Source: a virus (taxonomy: Duplodnaviria > Heunggongvirae > Uroviricota > Caudoviricetes). Taken from it: DNA of 14,092 nt. The notes under the pieces were generated by a model, which was given only the letters and a program-made list of their open reading frames with translations, did no database searches and was not told the DNA's origin. The translations under genes and the position numbers were made by a program. Numbering within the stretch: position 1 is the stretch's first letter; each line of letters begins with the position of its first letter. This document shows, piece after piece, positions 1 to 6,587 of the stretch. The stretch lies in IMG/VR virus record IMGVR_UViG_3300029705_000023, positions 173,563 through 187,654 of that record; one strand, written 5' to 3'.

Positions 1-882
1 GCGCAGTTCATCCCCAGAGACCTGCTCGATTTCAGTCTGGATGCGTTACTGACATCTGCGGGCGTTCCTGTTGAGATGTACAAGGGCTCGCTGACGGTCC
101 AGTCCGCTCCTGTGGCGCTGCGTCTGTTTTCGTCCTACTGGCATTCGCTGGTTACAGACCTGAACATCATGCTCCAGTTTATTGCACGCCGGGTCAGTGA
201 GATCCTCGGCTGGGAACCGGTCGAAGCACGCTTTGCGAAGATCACCGAAGCCGATGACATCAACCGTCAGGTTCAGGCTCTCCAGCTTATGGGCACAGGT
301 GCCGTCTCGCAGACGACCGCTCTGGCTTCTGTCGGCATCGACAAGAAGGAAGAGGTCCGCCGGATCATCGAGGAACAACGCGATGAGGCGGAACAGCAGG
401 ATCGAATGCAGAAAGAGATGGAGACGACCAAACAGCTCACCGACATGATCGGAGGCGGTACGCTGAATATCCTTGGGCAGCTTCAGCAGCAACAGCAGCA
501 GGCTGCTCAGGGAGGAGGCGGAGCACCGCCTATGGGAATGCCGGGGCAGAACATGCCGGTTCCGGGCGCGTCTATGGCGGGGGCGCAGGTTGCCGGAGCC
601 AACGGGCAGGGTATGAGTTCCCTCCTGCCCGGCATGGACCCGATCTCGCAGCTCATCGCGCAGTCCGGTGTCCAGCCTACGGATTCCATTCAGGACATCT
701 ATGCCAAAGCACAGACTCTTGCGCAGCAGCTGATGATGGGTAACACTAATAGTAACCTGAGAAAACTTCAGAAGCAGGATCCGCAGATGCACATGATCGT
801 CAAGGGACTGATCGAACAGATGCGCTCCGAAGCAGCTTCTCAGGGACGTGATATGGTCCTTCAGCAGCAAGGTATGGGGTAA
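1..882 (+). CDS. 5'-truncated protein, probable phage portal protein (C-terminal part) with Q/G/M-rich linker
   Basis: Frame is open from base 1 (AQFIPRDLLDFSLDALLTSAGVPVEMYKG...). 'LLTSAGVPVEMY' resembles the portal 'I..afgVP..ll' motif, followed by a coiled-coil (KKEEVRRIIEEQRDEAEQQDRMQKE) and a low-complexity tail. The CDS is solid; the product is inferred. Confidence 0.5.
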   Translation, partial: AQFIPRDLLDFSLDALLTSAGVPVEMYKGSLTVQSAPVALRLFSSYWHSLVTDLNIMLQFIARRVSEILGWEPVEARFAKITEADDINRQVQALQLMGTGAVSQTTALASVGIDKKEEVRRIIEEQRDEAEQQDRMQKEMETTKQLTDMIGGGTLNILGQLQQQQQQAAQGGGGAPPMGMPGQNMPVPGASMAGAQVAGANGQGMSSLLPGMDPISQLIAQSGVQPTDSIQDIYAKAQTLAQQLMMGNTNSNLRKLQKQDPQMHMIVKGLIEQMRSEAASQGRDMVLQQQGMG

Positions 883-885
883 AGC

Positions 886-1638
886 ATGAAAAGTCCTCTT
901 CGTTATCCCGGCGGTAAAAGCCGGGCAGCGCAAAGTATCGTCCGGCGTTTCTTTCCAAAGTCAACTCAAGCGGTGATCTCCCCTTTTCTGGGCGGAGGCT
1001 CCGTCGAGCTGGCTTTAGCGGAGCAGGGAACCGAGGTGTTCGCCTCGGACGCCTTCCAGCCGCTGATCACTTTCTGGAACACTTTACTTCATGACCGGGA
1101 GGCTCTGGTCGAGGCAGTAAAAGCCATTCCAAAAATGACGCCGGAACTGTTCAAGTACTTCCAGAACGGGCTGCGAAACGGGCAAGTCAGCGGCGTTCTG
1201 GAAGCAGCGTGGTTCTTTGCGATCAACCGGAGTTCCTTCTCCGGCGTAACGCTCTGCGGCGGAATGTCGCCGGGCACGCCGCGGTTTACCGACTCCAGTA
1301 TTCAGCGGCTTGCATCTTTTCGGGAACCAAGGCTGTCCGTGACGCCGGAAGCGGAGGATTTTGAAACCTTTCTCAGAAAGTACCCGGACATGCCGGCCTA
1401 CTGCGATCCGCCGTACATGACCGACGGAAAACTCTACGGCGATAATGGCTCGCTCCACAAGGACTTCGACCACGAACGCCTGCGCCGAGTATTAGGAGAG
1501 AGAAGAAACTGGGTCCTCTCGTACAATGACTGCCCGGAAGTACGGGAACTGTACACGGGTTTCAAGATCCTGACTCCTGACTGGAACTACGGTATGACCG
1601 GCGGCAAGATCTCCAGTGAACTGATCATCACAGGTTAA
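886..1638 (+). CDS. dam: DNA adenine methyltransferase, Dam/D12 class (N6-adenine), orphan
   Basis: N-terminal SPLRYPGGKSR, SAM-binding motif I SPFLGGGSVE, catalytic motif IV (Y)CDPPY, then FDHERL and WVLSYND motifs typical of the family. Target sequence cannot be determined. Confidence 0.92.
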   Translation: MKSPLRYPGGKSRAAQSIVRRFFPKSTQAVISPFLGGGSVELALAEQGTEVFASDAFQPLITFWNTLLHDREALVEAVKAIPKMTPELFKYFQNGLRNGQVSGVLEAAWFFAINRSSFSGVTLCGGMSPGTPRFTDSSIQRLASFREPRLSVTPEAEDFETFLRKYPDMPAYCDPPYMTDGKLYGDNGSLHKDFDHERLRRVLGERRNWVLSYNDCPEVRELYTGFKILTPDWNYGMTGGKISSELIITG

Positions 1639-1641
1639 AAT

Positions 1642-3561
1642 ATGACAGACGCAACAGTAGGAAGCGTGGTCCTTAACGCCATGCTTCCGGAAGACATGAG
1701 AGACCCGAACCGGGTCTGGGATAAGAAAACGACGGGCAAGGTATTGACGCAGCTCGCCAAACGGCATCCGGACAAGTACAAGGAAGTCTCCAGTCAGCTC
1801 TTGAGATTCGGCTACAAATCGGCGTACCTGACTGGCGGGCAGTCGTTCACTCTGCGCGACATTTCCGAAGCGAAGAACGTGAAAGCGATCCGCGACCAGA
1901 TCAATCGTGAGACGCAGGCGATCTTCGAGAAGTGGTACAAAAAAGGGGTGCGTAGTGATGATCCGCGCGTTCAGAAGGAGATCATCGAAGCGACGATGAA
2001 GCACCATAAAACGCTGAATGAAGGGAGCCTGGCGGAACGCCGCGATCAGGACTCCCCGTTCTATCATCAGGCGGTGGGGACCGGGGCGCAGAAGCCGGGA
2101 ACGTTCAATTCCATTATCGGCGCGGACCTTCTGTACGTGGATCAGGAAGAGCGTCCGATCCCGTTCCCGGTCGTTCACGGGTATTCCCGCGGTCTGACCC
2201 CTGCCGAGTATTTCGCCGGTGCTTTCGGAGCGCGGAAAGGCTCCGTGGACCTTCAGCGGGCGACTGCCGACGCAGGCTTCCTTGCCAAGCAGCTCGTCCA
2301 GATCGCGCATCGCGAAGTCGTTACCGGTGACGACTCTCCGGATCCCTACGACGAAACCAACCCGACCGGCTACCCGGTAGACATCAGTGATCCGGATAAC
2401 GAAGGTTCCTATCTGGCACACCCGGTCGCGGGCTACAAGCGGAATACGCTCCTGACTCCGGCGATCCTCTCGGACATCAAGCGGCAGGGACATGACCGGA
2501 TCCTGGTGCGGTCCGTCATGGTAGGCGGTCCGGCAAACGGAGGTATTTACTCGTACGACGCCGGCGTTCGTGAATTCGGCGACCGTCCGGCCATCGGGGA
2601 CTTTGTAGGCATTTCGGCAGTCCAGTCCGTCTCGGAACCGATCACTCAGGCAGCCATTTCCTCAAAACACTCCGGCGGCGTGATCTCCGCCGACTCCGGC
2701 AAAGCGATCTCCGGTTTCACATACCTGAACCAGATGATCCAGGTCCCGAAGCACTTCCAGCAGGGAGCCGTGCACGCGACCGAAGACGGAAGAGTTTCCA
2801 GGATCGAAGCCCTGCCGCAGGGCGGACACAACGTGTACATTAACGGCGTGAAACATTACGTCGGACGACAGCAGGGAAAAGAAGTCGCCATTACGGTCAA
2901 GCCAGGAGATACCGTGGAGGCCGGCGACGTCATTACGGAAGGGATCCCGAACCCCGCGCAGATCGTGAAATACAAAGGGATCGGGGAAGGCAGACGCGCG
3001 TTCGTGAATCAGTTCAGCAGCGCACTGAAGAACGCAGGACAATCCGTCCACCGCCGGAATCTGGAAGTCCTCGGACGCGGACTGATCACCTACGTTCGGC
3101 TGAATGACGAGATCGGCGACTTCGCTCCGGACGATGTGCTCCCTTACGCCATGATCCAGTCCGCGTGGGAACCTCGTCCCGGAAGTATGACGCGCCCGGC
3201 AAAAGACATGGAAGGCTTCTACCTTGAAAAGCCTGTCCTCCACTACACCATCGGCACGAAACTGCGCCCCTCGGTCCTGAAGGAGCTGGAATCCTTCGGT
3301 GTAAAAGAAGTCTGCGCCCATAAAGACCCGCCGCCGTTTGAACCGGAAATGATCCGCGGCATGGCTCACGTCGCCAACGATCCGGACTGGGCGACCCGGC
3401 TCCTGGGCGGCTACCAGCAAAACTCCCTCCTCGAAGGCGCCCGCCGCGGCAGCACATCCAACACGGAAGGCACCTCCTTCGTCCCGGCCCTCGCCCTTGG
3501 CGGTGTAGACTTCGGCAGACGCGGAGCCATCGCAAAGCCGCAGAACAGAAAGTATTTCTAG
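1642..3561 (+). CDS. rpoC: DNA-directed RNA polymerase beta' subunit, C-terminal half (split, phage-type)
   Basis: Bridge helix GLTPAEYFAGAFGARKG...TADAGFLAKQLV (cf. GL..LQYFISTHGARKG..TANSGYLTRRLV); trigger loop GDFVGISAVQSVSEPITQAAISSKHSGG (cf. [28 protein letters not shown]); SBHM-like VKPGDTVEAGDVITEG; VHRRNLEVLGRGL (cf. INDKHIEVIVRQM). The catalytic NADFDGD motif is absent, so the N-terminal half is encoded elsewhere. Confidence 0.93.
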   Translation: MTDATVGSVVLNAMLPEDMRDPNRVWDKKTTGKVLTQLAKRHPDKYKEVSSQLLRFGYKSAYLTGGQSFTLRDISEAKNVKAIRDQINRETQAIFEKWYKKGVRSDDPRVQKEIIEATMKHHKTLNEGSLAERRDQDSPFYHQAVGTGAQKPGTFNSIIGADLLYVDQEERPIPFPVVHGYSRGLTPAEYFAGAFGARKGSVDLQRATADAGFLAKQLVQIAHREVVTGDDSPDPYDETNPTGYPVDISDPDNEGSYLAHPVAGYKRNTLLTPAILSDIKRQGHDRILVRSVMVGGPANGGIYSYDAGVREFGDRPAIGDFVGISAVQSVSEPITQAAISSKHSGGVISADSGKAISGFTYLNQMIQVPKHFQQGAVHATEDGRVSRIEALPQGGHNVYINGVKHYVGRQQGKEVAITVKPGDTVEAGDVITEGIPNPAQIVKYKGIGEGRRAFVNQFSSALKNAGQSVHRRNLEVLGRGLITYVRLNDEIGDFAPDDVLPYAMIQSAWEPRPGSMTRPAKDMEGFYLEKPVLHYTIGTKLRPSVLKELESFGVKEVCAHKDPPPFEPEMIRGMAHVANDPDWATRLLGGYQQNSLLEGARRGSTSNTEGTSFVPALALGGVDFGRRGAIAKPQNRKYF

Positions 3562-3570
3562 GGTAAAAGT

Positions 3571-3605
3571 CTATTGCTCAAATTTTTACAATTTTTGGGC
3601 AATAG
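3571..3605 (+). terminator. Hairpin immediately after the beta' gene, possible intrinsic terminator
   Basis: CTATTGCTCAAA (3571-3582) pairs with TTTGGGCAATAG (3594-3605) with one G-U; only a weak T-tract follows. Confidence 0.5.
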
Positions 3606-3646
3606 GCTCTTCTTATGCACAAATTTTTACAATTTTTGGGCAATAG
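3579..3646 (+). repeat. Perfect 27-bp direct repeat, period 41 bp
   Basis: CAAATTTTTACAATTTTTGGGCAATAG at 3579-3605 and 3620-3646. Confidence 0.95.
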
Positions 3647-3702
3647 CTTTAGCCTTGAGTTCCCTGACATTGTCCTGAGTCCGAAATATTTATAAAAGGC
3701 GT

Positions 3703-3981
3703 ATGAAGAAAAGTCCTCAAAACACAGAGAGAAATCAACCCTCGGACGAGAACCTGCCGCGCTTTGATTTTGGCAGGACTCTGGGTGCTGTCGTTTATCT
3801 GCTCCGCAGATTAGAAGGTCCTGTAACTCCGCAAAGGCTGATGTGCCTTCTCTACATTGCTGACCGGAAATCACTTCTGACCTTTGGCGACACGATCACC
3901 GGTCTCCTGTGGAAAGTCACTCCGGACGGTCCTTTCTCCGAAGAACTTCAGGCTTTGTTTGATGGACGTTACGGCAGTTAA
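3703..3981 (+). CDS. Panacea (DUF4065/SocA-like) antitoxin-domain protein, short or frameshifted
   Basis: AVVYLLRRLEG..TPQRLMCLLYIADRKSLLTFGDTITG..W..TPDGPFSEEL matches the Panacea pattern (A.YLL......KL.KLLY.ADR..L..YG.PITG..Y..M..GPV.S). It stops at 92 aa, shorter than usual. Confidence 0.7.
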   Translation: MKKSPQNTERNQPSDENLPRFDFGRTLGAVVYLLRRLEGPVTPQRLMCLLYIADRKSLLTFGDTITGLLWKVTPDGPFSEELQALFDGRYGS

Positions 3982-4094
3982 AGCGCAACTGGCTGCGCAG
4001 GTTTCTGGAGGCGGCCCCTGATTCAACACTCCGGCTTTTAGTCCTCCGGGTACTTGAAAGTCCTTGGGGTGTCTGTAAGATACAGCTGTTTCTG

Positions 4095-4775
4095 TTAGAC
4101 ATCTACCGCACGCGGGATAGCACACAGGTTTCCATCCGTATTTATTTGCAGGCAGTCTGACGTTCCCGGAAAGTTCTGAAATATGCGCCGGCACATATCC
4201 GGATCGTCTCTAAAAACAGAAAGCCATATACTGAAATGCGATACTATCGTGTCTTGGATCTGGTCTCGCATCGCAAGAGAATCTGCCCGATGCAGATTAT
4301 CTTTTGCCCTCTGCGCTTTACTCTGTGTTTCCATGCGTTTACTCCAGCGGGTATCTTGCCTGGACGCACCGCTGCCCGGCGTCCGATCTAGCCCAATGAG
4401 CCGGATCGTTCTGTCTACCCGTTCCTGAACATGTGTCGGCAGCTCGGTATTAGGGGTAGGTATTCCGCCTTCACCCCATATGATCGCGAGGAATGTATTG
4501 TCCCTATCTGGAAAAACATAATGAGCCGGATCTGGTACGTCAGTATCTCCTTTAATGGCATTGCACATACGGCATGCAAGAAGAATATTATCCCAATCGC
4601 AGGATATGGCAGGGTATTTGCTCTTGGGCTGAATATGTTCTACCTCGAGTTCATACTTCATACACGCAGCCTCGCAATAGGAGCAGAAGTTTCCCAGCCT
4701 GTCTATTAAGAAGTGTTTGGCATCCTGATACTTATAGAACACCTGAGGTGCAGCCCCTTTATTTACTGGACGCAT
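4095..4775 (-). CDS. HNH endonuclease, PtuB/Septu (retron-effector)-like
   Basis: Start reassigned to ATG 4775 (MRPVNKG..). FCSYCE, EVEHIQPK and WDNILLACRMCNAIKG form an HNH with a Zn ribbon; overlaps the ATPase stop by 17 bp. Confidence 0.88.
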   Translation of the reverse strand: MRPVNKGAAPQVFYKYQDAKHFLIDRLGNFCSYCEAACMKYELEVEHIQPKSKYPAISCDWDNILLACRMCNAIKGDTDVPDPAHYVFPDRDNTFLAIIWGEGGIPTPNTELPTHVQERVDRTIRLIGLDRTPGSGASRQDTRWSKRMETQSKAQRAKDNLHRADSLAMRDQIQDTIVSHFSIWLSVFRDDPDMCRRIFQNFPGTSDCLQINTDGNLCAIPRAVDV

Positions 4776-6084
4776 CGTTAGCCTCCATTGCAAGGCGTTC
4801 CATCTCGAGAAAGGCGTGATATGCCACATCCTGACTGAAAGGGGCGATCAGTGCATCCAGTTTTTGTCTTTTCTGTCTTTTTTCCTCTTCTGAAACGGCT
4901 GTAGAATGAAGCAGGGTATAATACTCTTTTGCCGTTTCATACATCTCATGATACCGCCGGCTGCGCTGCGGTATTGTTACGCCCATCAAGTCTTCTGTGA
5001 TGTCCTCGATACTGCGGCTTTCATACTCTGCAGTCGGCGCCGGCGAGGCTGTACCGGGCTTTTGTATATTTTCCATATTCTCAAGGTCTAAGACGCAGCC
5101 ATCCTGCACGGATTGTATGATAAACGGCGAGTGTGTCGTTGCGACAAACTGAACATTTGGGAACGTTTTTTGCAGGTCGCCAACGACTCGTCTCTGCCAT
5201 CTGGGGTGTAAAAACAGGTCCAGTTCATCGATGAGCACAACACCATACACCTGTGAAAGATCCTCCGTGTGCGGGTTCAGGATCGTCCATCGGCGTATAA
5301 GGTCCATAAGCATAAGGGTCATACTGCGATAGCCGTCACTCGTGTTTTCCAGCAGTTCCAGCTCTCCGGTCTCAAACTGCAGATAGTTTCCCGCATGTCC
5401 TACGTCATATTTAAGCCCGCAACAGCCGGGGATCAGTATCTGAAGCGCTTGTTTCAGGAGTCTCATTGGTCTTGTCTCCTGCCCGTTTTGTACTGTCGCC
5501 AAGGCCTGAAGACTTACCCACTCCTGAATAACTTTCAGATCCGCATTAGGATCTAAAGAACTGTGATACCCTTTGAATCGCGACGCTAATTTTCCCACCG
5601 AAAGGCGGTGTCTTTTCAGATGTTGCGCTCGCCCGGTACCGTAATAAGCCAGTAGAGGCAGAAAAACGCCCTCACCCGCCTGAACCTGGCTGCCTTGCTT
5701 TTCCAGAATCGTAAAAAGCGGATTCTTCCCGTTGTAGGTAGTACGTCCGTTGTCGGATCGTTTGGTACGCAGGATCCGGTAGGAAGTCTTCTGATAAATG
5801 ACTGCGGAACTTACAGTAACTGGATACTGCGTCTCTTCAGACGGAAGCATGGCATCCAGAAGCGAGATCTGGACACGTACTTCCTCCCGCCGAATATCTC
5901 TCGGCGCGTTAGAGCTGTGTGACAGTTTCGACTGGAAAGATCCCAGAATAACCGCGAGAGCATCTAGTATTTGTGTTTTTCCGGCGGCATTATCTCCGAT
6001 GATCGCCGTAAATTTCGGATGGAACCCGAATGTTTGATCCTCAAATTTGCGAAAGTTCTGTAATCTCAGGTTCTGAATGTACAT
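4759..6084 (-). CDS. ABC-type (AAA_21/PtuA-like) ATPase
   Basis: Start reassigned to ATG 6084 (MYIQNLRLQNFRKFED, RBS AAGGAAGAG). Walker A GDNAAGKT, signature-like TSDGYRS, Walker B/D-loop VVLIDELDLFLHPRWQ, H-loop ATTHSPFII. Confidence 0.92.
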   Translation of the reverse strand: MYIQNLRLQNFRKFEDQTFGFHPKFTAIIGDNAAGKTQILDALAVILGSFQSKLSHSSNAPRDIRREEVRVQISLLDAMLPSEETQYPVTVSSAVIYQKTSYRILRTKRSDNGRTTYNGKNPLFTILEKQGSQVQAGEGVFLPLLAYYGTGRAQHLKRHRLSVGKLASRFKGYHSSLDPNADLKVIQEWVSLQALATVQNGQETRPMRLLKQALQILIPGCCGLKYDVGHAGNYLQFETGELELLENTSDGYRSMTLMLMDLIRRWTILNPHTEDLSQVYGVVLIDELDLFLHPRWQRRVVGDLQKTFPNVQFVATTHSPFIIQSVQDGCVLDLENMENIQKPGTASPAPTAEYESRSIEDITEDLMGVTIPQRSRRYHEMYETAKEYYTLLHSTAVSEEEKRQKRQKLDALIAPFSQDVAYHAFLEMERLAMEANDASSK

Positions 6085-6163
6085 ATACTCTTCCTTTTCC
6101 GTCAACGAATCTGCTTCCGGCAGAAAACCAATACACGCGGACCGGTTTTTTATTTCGTCACAC

Positions 6164-6193
6164 TTGACAAACATTCAAAATCATTCTTATTAT
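6164..6193 (+). promoter_or_regulatory. Sigma70-like promoter, divergent and overlapping the ATPase promoter
   Basis: TTGACA (6164-6169), 18-bp spacer, TATTAT (6188-6193). Confidence 0.45.
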
Positions 6194-6216
6194 AATTCGC
6201 CGACCAAAAGTTTCAA
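6189..6216 (-). promoter_or_regulatory. Sigma70-like promoter for the ATPase-HNH operon
   Basis: On the - strand: TTGAAA (6216-6211), 16-bp spacer, TATAAT (6194-6189), about 100 bp upstream of ATG 6084. Confidence 0.55.
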
Positions 6217-6428
6217 GCAGTTTCGGTCCGAGAATAGGAATTTTTCTCCGAACATCGTCCAGATATTCCGATAGTAGAAATTCTGCACCCTATACGACAG
6301 GGGCCTCAAAAGGGACACGCTGCGCAACAGCTTGATATACAAATAAAAGCGGCGGCGGCACTTGACGCCATTCTAGGCCTGCCCCGTAAGATACCGTCGC
6401 TTTCAAAACTCTTCACATAACCCGGCGC

Positions 6429-6484
6429 AAGGCAGAAGGCTCTGTGCATCGCGCATAACCTGTCTGCCCTCTGTGCCTTTTTTT
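6429..6484 (+). terminator. Imperfect long hairpin with T-tract (terminator-like end of a possible sRNA)
   Basis: AAGGCAGAAGGC (6429-6440) pairs imperfectly with GCCCTCTGTGCCTT (6466-6479); inner stem TGTGC/GCGCA; T run to 6484. Confidence 0.45.
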
Positions 6485-6587
6485 AGAAAAAGATACTAAA
6501 ACTTTATCTACCGTTGGATATTTACTATAATTGCTATTAACCGGTAAACCCATTCTTGCTATTGTATATCTGTTCAAGGAGGAAGAC

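Noticed and set aside
46-933. 295-aa minus-strand ORF
   Set aside because: Antisense shadow of the + strand gene; Arg/Leu/His-rich composition with no motifs
1492-3535. Minus-strand ORFs 1492-2493, 2662-3420 and 3086-3535
   Set aside because: Antisense to the clearly conserved beta' gene; typical of GC-rich third-position bias
1642-3561. Cyanobacterial/plastid rpoC2 or a host rpoC pseudogene
   Set aside because: No large trigger-loop insertion, no rpoB/rpoC1 neighbours, an altered TFH motif, and an intact ORF in a phage gene context
3579-3646. CRISPR array
   Set aside because: Only two repeats with a 14-bp intervening sequence, and no cas genes
6085-6174. N-terminal 30-aa extension of the ATPase in the ORF track
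   Set aside because: Family-typical start MYIQNLRLQNFR with an RBS lies at 6084; the extension runs through promoter-proximal DNA
4095-6484. Complete type I-A retron
   Set aside because: No reverse transcriptase (no YADD/LPQG motif) in the window; only the effector-like pair and an unproven RNA candidate
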